From contig JBHIFL010000018.1 of assembly GCA_046761065.1 (NCBI GenBank), forward strand, positions 1 to 55,891: a DNA stretch of 55,891 bases, given 5' to 3'. This document shows, one piece after another, positions 8,877-19,228 of the stretch. The stretch is from Candidatus Heimdallarchaeota archaeon (lineage in GTDB: Archaea; Asgardarchaeota; Wukongarchaeia; Wukongarchaeales; JBHIFL01). Numbering within the stretch: position 1 is the first letter of the stretch; each line of letters begins with the position of its first letter. A program made the translations under genes and the position numbers. The notes under the pieces are model-generated. The model searched no databases. It was not told where the DNA came from and saw nothing but the letters and a program-made list of their open reading frames with translations.

Positions 8877-10037
8877 TTGAAAGAAGAAGTCGCAGTTGTT
8901 GGTGTTGGACATGCCAAATTTGGCAAACGTCACGATGTCACTCTTAGAGAACTCGTGCATGAGGCGGCACGGGATGGGTTTGAGGATGCAGGTTTAACAC
9001 CAAACGACATAGAATCTAATGTTGTTGGTATTTGTGGTGATTATTTCACAGGCCAAGGGTCTCCCGCTCCGCTACTTAGTGATTATATCGGCATGTCCCA
9101 AAAACCCACAATTCGAGTCGAATCCGCTTGTGCTACCGGTACAGCCGCGCTTCGTACAGCTTGGGCTCAGATAAAAGCTGGACAACATGACTTAGTCGCA
9201 GCTATTGGTGTTGAACAAATGACTTTAGTTAGCTCTGCTCAGGCAACCGAAATGATGGCTCGTGGGGGTGATTTGCGTTGGGAATACCCCTTTGGCTGTA
9301 CGTTTCCCGGGTTTTATGCCCATTACGCTTCTGCACACATGAAAGAATTCGGGACAACCCGCAAACAGTTGTCATCTGTTGGCGTAAAGAATCACCATTA
9401 TGGCGCGAAGAACCCATACGCTCACTTACAGAAGGAAGTGTCTCTGGAAGAGGCCATGAAAGCGGTTTGGATTGCTTATCCTTTGAATCTTTATGATTGC
9501 TGCCTCATTTCGGATGGTGCAGCTATTGCAATCCTTGCAAGTGCCGAAAAAGCGAAAAAAATTACTGATACACCAATTTGGATCACAGGATTAGGCTCAT
9601 CTTCAGATACGATGCTCTTATCAGGCAGAAAATCTTTGGTTGGGTTACCTTCTGCGACCCGTGCAAGCCAAGCGGCGTTCAAGATGGCTGGATTAGGACC
9701 TGATGACATCGATGTAGCCGAAGTTCATGATTGCTTCTCAATCGCAGAGATTATGGCTTATGAAGACATTGGGTTTTGCAAAAAAGGTGAAGGAGGCAAG
9801 TTAGTCGAAGAAGGGCAGACCTACCATGACGGAAATATCCCAGTTAACGTGGACGGGGGATTAAAATCAAAAGGACATCCACTCGGCGCCACGGGTGTGT
9901 CCCAATGCTACACGATAGTCAAACAACTGCGAGGTGAAGCGCCCCAAGGATGCCAAGTGGCGGGTCCTGAGATTGGACTCCAGCACAACGTGGGTCAGCA
10001 TGGTCAATATGTCAATGTCCTAATTTATCAGAGATGA
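8877..10037 (+). CDS. SCP2-type (archaeal) thiolase
   Basis: ESACATG, EVHDCF, GHPLGATG and HNVG motifs. Confidence 0.93.
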   Translation: MKEEVAVVGVGHAKFGKRHDVTLRELVHEAARDGFEDAGLTPNDIESNVVGICGDYFTGQGSPAPLLSDYIGMSQKPTIRVESACATGTAALRTAWAQIKAGQHDLVAAIGVEQMTLVSSAQATEMMARGGDLRWEYPFGCTFPGFYAHYASAHMKEFGTTRKQLSSVGVKNHHYGAKNPYAHLQKEVSLEEAMKAVWIAYPLNLYDCCLISDGAAIAILASAEKAKKITDTPIWITGLGSSSDTMLLSGRKSLVGLPSATRASQAAFKMAGLGPDDIDVAEVHDCFSIAEIMAYEDIGFCKKGEGGKLVEEGQTYHDGNIPVNVDGGLKSKGHPLGATGVSQCYTIVKQLRGEAPQGCQVAGPEIGLQHNVGQHGQYVNVLIYQR

Positions 10038-10453
10038 ATAAAATGACTGATTTTGGCTATATCTTTGACAAACTTCAACGGAGTCCGTTTATGGAACAGT
10101 TCGTGACCTACCTAAAAGAAGGTAAACTTATGGCGACCAAGTGTACGAGTTGTGGAACTATGCATATGCCACCTCGCGAGCATTGCACCTGCTTGAACAC
10201 TGAGATGGAGTGGGTGGAGGTCACCCCGGAAGCGACCCTGAAAGCCTTTACCATGATCAACTTCGCCCCAGATGTTCTAGCTGACAAACAGCCTTATTTC
10301 GTTGGGATCGCGGAAACCCCGGAAGGCCTCCGCATGATGGGCTGGCTCACAGGCGATGCCACCCAGAATCCCCAGGTGGGCATGAAACTCAAGATCTCTC
10401 CCCAGGAACTCGAGGGCGACAAGATCGTCTACAAATTCACGAAAGTATTGTAA
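10034..10453 (+). CDS. DUF35 Zn-ribbon/OB-fold thiolase partner
   Basis: KCTSCG...PPREHCTC followed by an OB fold; ATGA overlap with the thiolase. Confidence 0.9.
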   Translation: MNKMTDFGYIFDKLQRSPFMEQFVTYLKEGKLMATKCTSCGTMHMPPREHCTCLNTEMEWVEVTPEATLKAFTMINFAPDVLADKQPYFVGIAETPEGLRMMGWLTGDATQNPQVGMKLKISPQELEGDKIVYKFTKVL

Positions 10454-10553
10454 CATATCTTTTTTTAATAATCCTAAGAGAAAATGAGTTTTAAGCCAAG
10501 GAAAATTGGTTATTATTGGATTCTTGTTCAATAGGGCAACGTTAGTTTATTCT

Positions 10554-11229
10554 TTAATAAATTAAGGGAATTAATCGCTTCGTTCGCCTCATGTACAAAA
10601 TGAACTCCTCCCCAAACTTGGCCGTTAAAAGACGTTCTTCTTCGTCCATTCGACTTCGATATATTAGGAAATAGCTGATCACACTCATAATAGTCACTAT
10701 CACGCTCCGAAAAACTAAGCCCATTCCAAGTGATCCAATGAGCGCCCCTAAATACATCAGATGCCTAATATGTTTGTAAAGCCCCTTACTAATTAATTCA
10801 TGATCATCTTCAATAACGAGCAATCCACCCCGAATCTTCCGAGTTGGCGCCTACTCAAAGTTATAATGAAACTTGCAAAAAGAAAATTAAAAAGCCCAAG
10901 ATAAGAAACCATTAGATTATCCCACATGACTATATATATCGTGTTATAATAAACTTATTTTCATAAAATGCTAATATTAGAATAAATGGGGTCAATATGA
11001 TAATCAATCCTATTATTCTTGCATACTTAGGGTCGCTTTCCTTTTTGTCAGAAATAGGTCTGATTAACGTGTCGAGGAAGGTCACTGAGTAATAAAGAAT
11101 CAGTGTAAGTTGATAAATGAAGATCTCAAATATTTCTGAGATGAAAAGCAAAAAACAAAGGTTATAATAGACCAAATAGACTATAATAAAAAAACCAACC
11201 TTTCTATAGAAGGTCTTCAATTTTTTCAC
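10554..11229 (-). pseudogene. Isoprenylcysteine carboxyl methyltransferase (ICMT/PEMT) family membrane protein, frameshifted
   Basis: C-terminal HELISKGLYKHIRH.MY...EEERLL..FG.EF..Y...TKRLIP motif. The hydrophobic N-terminal part is in another frame, with shifts at the (TA)n run near 10931-10939 and near 10830. Confidence 0.8.
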
Positions 11230-11300
11230 TCCATATCTATGAGTTTTGAATAAAAATAATATTCTTCTGGTGATAAAATGGAGAGGAGAGTATGTGAAAC

Positions 11301-12170
11301 TTAAACCTGAGGAAGAAGCGGCTGCGCGTTGTCAGCTAGGATGGCTGAAAGCTTATCTTCTGGAATATAGAGGTCGCGATGAGGCGCGTACCTATTAACA
11401 GACATAAGCATGTCCACATAAGGCTTCTGACGAACACCGGGGTAGTCGGTGCCAAAGATCATCTTGTTCAAGACCCCGAGGTTCAGCGCAGTGAGGAGGT
11501 CCCGCCAGAGGAGGTAGACGTAACTTGGATGGTTCACGTTGCCGTATGGCCAACTTATGTCACACCAAACATTCCTATGCTTCCGAACCACATATAACGT
11601 TTCAGTAACCCGTGGGTAACCCAGATGGGCGAGAACAATCTTGAGTTTAGGGAAGGAACAAGCAATGTTATCGATGAGTGTGGGATCCGCATGTTTCATC
11701 AGATCCTTGGGTTCCGGCATCCCTGCGTGGTGGAGTAACACGGGCATATCAATACCCACAGCTACCTCATAGACCCTACAGGCCTTCGGGTCATCTGCAA
11801 AGTAACCGTCAGTTGTAGGATAGAGTTTCAACCCGAATAGATCAAGTTCTTGCCTTTGTCGAAGTACTTCTTCCTCCGCCCCATGCTTTAAAGGATTGAC
11901 GTAACCGAAACCAACGAACCTGTCTGGTGCCTGTTTGACAAATGTAGAGACTTGTTCGGGGCTCGTTCTCATATCGGATAAAACCACAGCCTTGTTGATG
12001 CCAGCTGCATCAAGGTCGGTGATGAACTCCTCCTTAGTAACTGAAATCACCGTTGGATTCTCAAGATCAGAATACTCCATCATGGATATGTGGCAGTGGT
12101 AGTCCACTTTTGGAACTGACCTTTGTTCCTTGGACTCATGATCATTCCACTCTTTTCCGAGAAGTGACAA
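11301..12170 (-). CDS. Amidohydrolase_2 family metal-dependent hydrolase
   Basis: DYHCH, GLKLYP, LHHAG, AHLG and FGTDYP motifs. Confidence 0.9.
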   Translation of the reverse strand: MSLLGKEWNDHESKEQRSVPKVDYHCHISMMEYSDLENPTVISVTKEEFITDLDAAGINKAVVLSDMRTSPEQVSTFVKQAPDRFVGFGYVNPLKHGAEEEVLRQRQELDLFGLKLYPTTDGYFADDPKACRVYEVAVGIDMPVLLHHAGMPEPKDLMKHADPTLIDNIACSFPKLKIVLAHLGYPRVTETLYVVRKHRNVWCDISWPYGNVNHPSYVYLLWRDLLTALNLGVLNKMIFGTDYPGVRQKPYVDMLMSVNRYAPHRDLYIPEDKLSAILADNAQPLLPQV

Positions 12171-12282
12171 TCCTATAACCCCTTATTCTAGATAGGAAGA
12201 TATCTTAAGGATTTTAGGGTATACCGCCTATACATGAAAGATTTTTTATCTGAAACCTTTGACCACGCATCAGGTGTAGAAT

Positions 12283-12555
12283 ATGACTTGGGAAGAACCT
12301 GTCTTCAAAGCCACAGTTGAGTCCATCAAAAGCCACTGCAACGCAGGGCATAAGGTTGGCGATATATTTGAGATTAATACCCATAAAACTGGAGGTATTT
12401 GTGGTTGGTGTTACCACGACCTCTTTCCGACACTAATGACCCTTGCAATGGGGGGTTCCATTCCATGGCGCGAAAATCAAGATGAGTTCACTTACGAATG
12501 CCCAGATAGACATAACCTTGTTACCTTTAGGATCACAAAAATTCAGAAAAAATAA
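12283..12555 (+). CDS. TIGR04076-like small Cys-rich protein
   Basis: HC.AGHKVGD.F...ICGWCYH.LFP...PW...CPD..N.V.F pattern. Confidence 0.8.
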   Translation: MTWEEPVFKATVESIKSHCNAGHKVGDIFEINTHKTGGICGWCYHDLFPTLMTLAMGGSIPWRENQDEFTYECPDRHNLVTFRITKIQKK

Positions 12556-12583
12556 GAAATTGGGAAGTCATGTCATGTTATTT

Positions 12584-13648
12584 TCACCATACCTTCTCAC
12601 ACAACTTTATAAAGTTCTCACCCATGATCTTTCGGATTTCTATCTCTGAATAGCCGAGTGCGACCAGTCCTTTGGTCACATTGAGAAAGCCTGTCAAATC
12701 TTCAAACCCAATAACCCGTTTCTACTCAAATGTCCATTTTCCAAAGACGGCAGGCCATGTTTTCTGTTCTTCCTCCCACTCTTTTGGATTGGCAGAGCTA
12801 AAGACCCCAAACGGAAGATCAATGCCGAGTCCAACATGGTCGATGCCTGTAATCTCAATAATCCGCGTGAGGTGTGTGAAGTAATCGTCCAGTGTGGGAT
12901 GAATTCCTTCTTTTGTATATGTGATAGGAGTCCATGCCGCTACCCCAATGACACCACCTTTCTCTGCTAACGCTCTGAATTGGTCGTCTGTCTTGTTTCG
13001 GGGATTTCCATTAATATCTCGGCAACAGGTATGAGTGAAGGCGACTGGATCTTTCGAAAACTCCAACGCATCCGCTATTACTGCGTCACTGGTATGACTG
13101 AGATCTACTACGATTCCTAGGTGGTTCATTTCCTCGAGAACTTGGAGTCCGAAATCGGTCAATCCTTTCTGAGTCCGCTCAAGGCATCCGTCTCCAAGTA
13201 AATTGGCTTCATTATAAGCGAGTTGGCAGATTTTGATCCCAAGGCGATAGAGGATTCTTAAGAGTCGCAGATCGTCATCAATCATTTTCATGTTTTGTGG
13301 ACCAATAATCACAGCAATCTTGTGTTCATGCTTAGCTCTTCTAATATCATCCACAGTATTGACGAGTAAAGCATCCTCTCTGTGTTGTTCAAGAACCTTG
13401 TACCACTTACTAATTTCAGTGATAGCATTTCGAAAATTACCGCCCGTAGAAAAAGTTGTATTGTTGATAGCTGTTATACCCGCTTCGAGTGCGGATTTGA
13501 AATATCTTCCATCTGTGGATTTTACCCAATCTGCGTCTACAAGCGCACACGCATCAAAAACTAAGAGATCTTTATGTAAAGCAATAGCCTGCTCTTTTTG
13601 ATCCTGGCTTAAGCTTGGGACCACTACCTGTTTATAGTTTTCTCCCAA
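12584..13648 (-). pseudogene. Membrane dipeptidase (peptidase M19) with one in-frame TAG
   Basis: QLAYN, GLTDFG, DLSH, RNK.D and DHVGLGID motifs. After TAG at 12722-12724 the frame continues KRVIGFEDLTGFLNVTKGLVALGYSEIEIRKIMGENFIKLCEKVW to TGA 12584, the conserved M19 C-terminus. Confidence 0.85.
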
Positions 13649-13773
13649 ATTATTATTCCTCCAACTTATTCCTAATTTACCGCAAAACTGATCACCACTA
13701 ATTTAAAAAGTGGGACCTTGCTAACCACTGGAGAACATGTTCTGGAGATGTAAATAAAGGTTAGTGGTCGAAT

Positions 13774-15006
13774 GTGATCAAAACTCAACGTCTATCCGAA
13801 GAAAAGCGGGCGTCTGCAAAATTTCTACTCCCTTCACTGGCTATATCTTACTTTGCGACGGTACCTCCGGCGATTCTAGTAAGTTTACTTCTCATCGACA
13901 TTGGGGACACCTTCAACCGTTCTGTTGGTGTGACAGGACAGATTCAAACTGCCGCTTCTCTTGTCGGAGCCATTTCCGCAGTTCTCGTGGGCGCTTTGAG
14001 TGTGCGATTCAACTATAAATCATTACTCCTGCTAGGGCTATTATTCATCAACATCACTGCTTTAGGGTGTGCAGTTTCTTTAAATTTCGCCTTGATGCTC
14101 ATAGCGTTTTCTCTATCTGGATTAGGGATTAATATCGTTGAACCAATGCTTTTTTCGCTTGTTGGAGAGCATTTCCCTCTTGAGAAGCGAACAAATGCCA
14201 TTGGATGGGTACTTACTGGCGTATCCCTATCAAGCTTGATAGGAGCACCAATCATTGGTTTCATCGTCAGTTTAGAGTTTGGAAACTGGCGCTTAGCATT
14301 CCTAATGTACGTACTACCTGTGTCTCTCCTAGGTATAGCGATGGCGGCTAAAGGAGTGCCCACTCCCTCCCAGCAACCCCACCACCCAATAGTCAAAGGA
14401 AAGTATTTGGAGGGGTTTAAGGAGATCTTCACAAACCGCTCGGCTATGATGTGCTTGGTTGGTGCAGCCCTTTCAATAGCCGGCTTTCAAGCAATTGTAC
14501 TTTACGGTGCATCTTATTTCAGGCAAAGATTTCAGCTATCTATAGAATATGTATCTTTTTTATTTCCAGTCTTTTCCTTATGTTATATTTTTGGGAACCA
14601 GATTAGTAGCCGAGTAGTAAACCAATATGGGAGGAAGCTTATAACAGTTTTATCTGCTTTTTTCGCTGGCATACTCGTAATCTCTTTCATGAACGTGCCC
14701 AATATCTGGCTAGCTTATTTATTTACTTGCTTAGGGGGCATGTTATTCGGGATGCTAGCGACAGCATCTTTTAGTTTAACGCTTGAACAAGTCCCAAGAT
14801 TTCGGGGCACCATGATGTCACTTCGTTCAGCATCTACTAGTATGGGTGCAGCACTTGGCGCAGGAGTAGGAGGTTTGGCGCTGTTCTGGTGGGATTTTGA
14901 AAGTGTAGGAATTGCTCTAGGAGCACTGAGCATCGCTGCCGCAATAATCTTCAACATCTTGGTATTTGACCCTACGAGTACCGACTCCTATGCCAGCCAA
15001 TCCTGA
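13774..15006 (+). CDS. MFS transporter
   Basis: About 12 hydrophobic segments; GALSVRFNYK and NQYGRK loop motifs. Confidence 0.9.
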   Translation: MIKTQRLSEEKRASAKFLLPSLAISYFATVPPAILVSLLLIDIGDTFNRSVGVTGQIQTAASLVGAISAVLVGALSVRFNYKSLLLLGLLFINITALGCAVSLNFALMLIAFSLSGLGINIVEPMLFSLVGEHFPLEKRTNAIGWVLTGVSLSSLIGAPIIGFIVSLEFGNWRLAFLMYVLPVSLLGIAMAAKGVPTPSQQPHHPIVKGKYLEGFKEIFTNRSAMMCLVGAALSIAGFQAIVLYGASYFRQRFQLSIEYVSFLFPVFSLCYIFGNQISSRVVNQYGRKLITVLSAFFAGILVISFMNVPNIWLAYLFTCLGGMLFGMLATASFSLTLEQVPRFRGTMMSLRSASTSMGAALGAGVGGLALFWWDFESVGIALGALSIAAAIIFNILVFDPTSTDSYASQS

Positions 15007-15104
15007 AACCCAGAAGATAGGATCTATCAGGGCTTTTATTGTTCAAAGAAGTCCGATGTAACGGTTTAGTTGTTTAGGAATCACTTAACATGGTTGGAAA
15101 GTAA

Positions 15105-16301
15105 TTATACAAAATTTAAAGCATGCTCAAAGTCTCGTTTCAAATCGTTAATGTCTTCGATGCCGACCGAGATACGAATCAAGCTCGGGGTAATTCCCAT
15201 TTGCTCTTGTTCTTCTCTGCTAAGGTCGCCATGTGTGGTAAGTGTAGGGATCGTTGCTATAGTATCAACCCCTCCTAAGCTTGTTGCTAATCGGACGAGT
15301 TTGAAATGGTTGATTAAATTCGTGACCGCCTCAAGTCCTCCCTTAACTTCGAAGGAAAGCATGCCTCCGAACCCACGCATTTGTTTTTTAGCTAATGTAT
15401 GTTGGGGATGGGTCTCGAGCCCTGGGTAGTTCACTTTCTGAATTCTGGGATGAGCTTCAAGAAAGCGCGCTAACATAAGCGCATTGTGATTTTGACGCTC
15501 CACGCGAAGGGCCATCGTTTGCATTCCCATGATCAATAGAAAGGCAGCAAATGGATCTAAAATCCCACCATATATCGATCGTATGTGTCGAATTGCATTT
15601 ATATGTTCTTTATTGCTGACAGCCACTCCACACACAACATTGTGATGACCAGATAGGTATTTTGTTCCACTATGGATGACAATATCCATTCCCAGATTCA
15701 GTGGGTTTTGGTTGTAAGGAGACGCAAAGGTATTATCGATGACGGTAGTTATATTATGGGCTTTTGCAATTTGAGCACCTTTTGATATATCAGTCAGTTT
15801 CAAAGTAGGATTAGATGGGGTTTCAAAATAAAATACCCTTGTGCGATCAGTTATAAGTTGTTCTGCTTGTTCGATATATATAGAATCAACAAAGTGGGTT
15901 TTAATACCCATTTTAGCCAAAACTTCCGTAAAGAAGAGGTATGTTTCCCCGTAAAGATCCTGGGGAACGATAATCTCATCTCCTGCCGAGACTAAGCTGG
16001 TCATCGTCGTAGTAATTGCAGCCATCCCTGAAGAAAAGACTTTCGCGTCTTCTCCCCCTTCGAGGAGGGCAATTTTCCTTTCTGCGGCGCGTTGAGTGGG
16101 ATTTCCTGTACTTGTGTATGTGTAGGCTACTTCTCTCTTAGTTTTCTTTTTCTGGTACCAATCGAGAAGTGCTTCAACAGTAGACATAGCAAAAGTTGTG
16201 GTTTGGTGAATGGGCGTCACTAACGAGCCCCATGTCGGATCAGGTTCTGTTCCAGCATGGACACATTTTGTCGAATAACCAAAGGTCTCTTCCGTCATCA
16301 T
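15105..16301 (-). CDS. Cys/Met metabolism PLP enzyme (methionine gamma-lyase/cystathionine gamma-synthase family)
   Basis: GNPT, SSGMAAI, ETPSNP, DNTFASP, HSGTKYLSGH, SLGG and IRISVGIE motifs. Confidence 0.92.
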   Translation of the reverse strand: MMTEETFGYSTKCVHAGTEPDPTWGSLVTPIHQTTTFAMSTVEALLDWYQKKKTKREVAYTYTSTGNPTQRAAERKIALLEGGEDAKVFSSGMAAITTTMTSLVSAGDEIIVPQDLYGETYLFFTEVLAKMGIKTHFVDSIYIEQAEQLITDRTRVFYFETPSNPTLKLTDISKGAQIAKAHNITTVIDNTFASPYNQNPLNLGMDIVIHSGTKYLSGHHNVVCGVAVSNKEHINAIRHIRSIYGGILDPFAAFLLIMGMQTMALRVERQNHNALMLARFLEAHPRIQKVNYPGLETHPQHTLAKKQMRGFGGMLSFEVKGGLEAVTNLINHFKLVRLATSLGGVDTIATIPTLTTHGDLSREEQEQMGITPSLIRISVGIEDINDLKRDFEHALNFV

Positions 16302-16501
16302 ATCAGTACCACCTTTTTTCAATTAACCTCAAAGGAAGTGGAAGATAAGTCCTTTTTTGAAAGTTGCGCATATTCTTGAAAAAAGGAAGAAGCTTAAAGA
16401 ATCAATAAAATCAGTTGATAAGAAAGACGCAAGACACTTTTACTTCTTTCCTTCATAACTCCACTCCATAGGTCCAGATTCATATAAATTCGAAGTACAA
16501 C

Positions 16502-16705
16502 TTAATCGGTCTTTCCACATTTCGAACACCCATGGGTTTCTACAGATTCAGGATTTGTCCGACTGAACCCCTTCAGTTCATTTTTGAGGAGATCCCGAAT
16601 TGCTGTCCGAATGCATGCACTGCGATCAGAATACAATCCTATGCGTACTAGCTCATGGAGACATTCTAAGAAATATTCGGGAATCCAAACCGTTATCAGA
16701 TGCAC
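16502..16705 (-). CDS. CopG/Arc RHH transcriptional regulator
   Basis: LITVWIPE..L..L.ELV..GLY..RS..IR.AIRDLL. Confidence 0.8.
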   Translation of the reverse strand: MHLITVWIPEYFLECLHELVRIGLYSDRSACIRTAIRDLLKNELKGFSRTNPESVETHGCSKCGKTD

Positions 16706-16944
16706 GAAACCACTTCCATCAGAACAAAGCTCAAATGGGATTAGTGTCGGGAGGATTTAAATCAATTTTTGTGATCTCTGTATTACGCATTATTTGGGGC
16801 ATATTCCTATGAGGAGAGTTGATAAACAAATGACACCTTCACATCATAGATCTGGTAAATCAAAAGGCACTCAAGGAACTTGGAATGATGCTCTAGCTGC
16901 GGACCCAAAGGGTGTGAATCTTGAGACCCTCGAAAGAGGATAAT

Positions 16945-17045
16945 ATCGTTGATGGGGATTCTCACAAGGGTCTTAACATATTATAAGAAAAGACCGAATT
17001 AAACAGGTAATGAAAAGAGGAATGCTGGTGGTCAGGCAAACCTAA
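16945..17045 (+). pseudogene. Relic of an amidohydrolase C-terminus
   Basis: IVDGDSHKGLNIL* then, in another frame, DRIKQVMKRGMLV; resembles the DGDPLxDI...I..VMKxG terminus of amidohydrolases. Confidence 0.45.
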
Positions 17046-17135
17046 GAATGCTTTCTTCCTTTATTAGTCTTTTTACAGTTTTCCAGTCTTTTTAATCAAT
17101 CAGCCCATTAAGAGAAGATAATAAAAATAAGTTGT

Positions 17136-18587
17136 TCAGATGATCCCTTTCCATCGTGAGTCCTTAGTGAGTCTTTTGAGATAGGCTTTGGTTTCAGGTC
17201 TGAGTTGATCTATTTTAGCAGTGAGAAATTTCTTCAGTTTTTCTCCTATAGCTACCGTTTCCTTGTACCCCTGTTCCTCTACCAACTTATCGATTTCATG
17301 TTGAGATCTATGCTTTACTGGCCAATCAGCTGAATTCACAATTCTTACGGCTGCAAGGGCTGAATTAGCAATACACTCCCGAATGGTACGATAGTTGACT
17401 TTATCCACGGTATCGTGAACCGTGTGACCGAAACCTCGACCTTCTCTTTTTTTCTCTTCCTCAGGATCGCCCATAGTCGCTGTAGGGATACCTTTTAAGA
17501 GGAAAGGCCAGTGATCGCTGTAAGGGCTCACTTTTTGCCAGATTGGGATATCAACTCCAATGGCTTTCTCTATCTCTTTGAAAAAGGGTTCCAAACCAGG
17601 CCATCCATGAAGTTGAAAGCCCTGCCGCCCACCTCTACCCGCAGCGTCGAGGTTAAGCATAAACCGAATATGCTTCATTTCCTCTGGATATTGTTCAATA
17701 TAGGCCCAACTCCCAAAAAGCCCAATTTCTTCCGCTCCAAAGAGAATAAACTTCATGGATCGTTCTAAATGTTCTTTCTCCTTCGCGAGGATTCTTGCGA
17801 TTTCCATAACACAAACTGCCCCTGCCGCGTCATCCAAAGCGCCGACAGCGATGTCATGTCCTTCATAATGGGCGCCATAGACTATTACCTCGTCACTATC
17901 GCTAGTACTAGGTAAGTTTGCTACAACGTTCCAAGAGTCCACATCAAGATTTTTACACCGAATTTCTAACCGAAGTTTTACCTTGTCCTTGCGTTTAAGA
18001 AGTCGGATTAGATAATGACCTACCTCATAGCTAACTCCGACCGATGGAATTATAGGACTGATACCCCCCGTTGGAGGACCATAAGTTGGGTAATGGTTCA
18101 TAAAAATCCAGCCGACTGCTCCTGCCATTACACTTCTCTGATACTTTTCAACACGATGTAGGTGTCGGGTCATGCCAAAAGGAGTTCGACTCGTCACCAT
18201 AACGACCTTTCCTTCAATTTCATCCTGTCGCTCCTTATAACAATCCACTGGGCCGTCACCCAAGAAGATCAGCTCGGCTTCAATCTCTCCCTCGCAACTC
18301 ATAGGTAATGCGATGCAGGAGATCTCTTTCTCCTTGGACCCTTTGACTATTAAGGTTGAAGAACTCCGTATCCACCCGGGATGTGTAAACTTCTCCATAT
18401 GTGGATTTTCGAGTCCATATTCCTCAAGTTTTCCAACCATATACTCGCAAGCAGCTTTATCGTCCCCTGAACCGGGCCACCGGCTGCCGAATTCATCACA
18501 TAGAATGATAAGGTTATCCATGGTTTCAGTACTTCCATAAATTTCCCCGAGAATCCGTTTATCCAGCTCATTGTGGAGTTTACTCAT
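17136..18587 (-). CDS. M28 family metallopeptidase with PA domain
   Basis: AHYEGH, GALDDAAG, AEEIGL, NLD, SDH and HT.HDT motifs; start adjusted to the ATG after AGGTGG. Confidence 0.9.
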   Translation of the reverse strand: MSKLHNELDKRILGEIYGSTETMDNLIILCDEFGSRWPGSGDDKAACEYMVGKLEEYGLENPHMEKFTHPGWIRSSSTLIVKGSKEKEISCIALPMSCEGEIEAELIFLGDGPVDCYKERQDEIEGKVVMVTSRTPFGMTRHLHRVEKYQRSVMAGAVGWIFMNHYPTYGPPTGGISPIIPSVGVSYEVGHYLIRLLKRKDKVKLRLEIRCKNLDVDSWNVVANLPSTSDSDEVIVYGAHYEGHDIAVGALDDAAGAVCVMEIARILAKEKEHLERSMKFILFGAEEIGLFGSWAYIEQYPEEMKHIRFMLNLDAAGRGGRQGFQLHGWPGLEPFFKEIEKAIGVDIPIWQKVSPYSDHWPFLLKGIPTATMGDPEEEKKREGRGFGHTVHDTVDKVNYRTIRECIANSALAAVRIVNSADWPVKHRSQHEIDKLVEEQGYKETVAIGEKLKKFLTAKIDQLRPETKAYLKRLTKDSRWKGII

Positions 18588-18778
18588 TATTTCCCACCTT
18601 CTATTGAGACCATAACCCCAACACCCTTGTGTTTCTTTTTCGGTGTTAAAAATGCCTTTCATTGGTCCTATCTGATATGAGGAACAGGATCCGTTTAGAA
18701 AGTACTAAACAAAGCGTTCATTAAACCAGTTGATGGGGGTTTTTTCTAATGAAATAGAAAATTAGTGATTGGGACTCT

Positions 18779-19228
18779 CTATTTTTTTGTTATTGTCCAC
18801 TTACAACCGTTCTCTTTAAGTTCAATGTCGAGATGACAGCCATTTACTGCCGCTCCCGCAGGAAACAAGATTTGACACCAGCCACACATGTTTCCCAGAA
18901 TGGGTTTTCCTACTAGAGGTGTGACCTTTGGCATGACCCCTAATTTGATATTACAGTGTCTATTTTCGATAATTGATTTCGTTTTACCTATTGTCGCTTC
19001 ATATTTGTTATTATATACGTCATTAATTGTTACATAGGCGTTCCCAAGTTTCTCGACCGAGGTTTCACCAGGATATGATGAGTAAAACTGCCCGAAGCGT
19101 TCTCCCAATTCCTTCGCGGCTTTTTCAGTCCCTTCTTTTCCTAAAGCTCTTGCGAGTCCCCAAATTGCCCCAATTGCAGAAAGCTGGAGTCTTTCCACCT
19201 TCTCAGCATCGCTCATCTTTCTACCCAT
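18779..19228 (-). CDS. Hypothetical protein, V4R/metal-binding output-domain-like
   Basis: AKELGERFG helix, HC...MCGWC...GC.W Cys pattern; GAGGAG RBS. Confidence 0.55.
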   Translation of the reverse strand: MGRKMSDAEKVERLQLSAIGAIWGLARALGKEGTEKAAKELGERFGQFYSSYPGETSVEKLGNAYVTINDVYNNKYEATIGKTKSIIENRHCNIKLGVMPKVTPLVGKPILGNMCGWCQILFPAGAAVNGCHLDIELKENGCKWTITKK

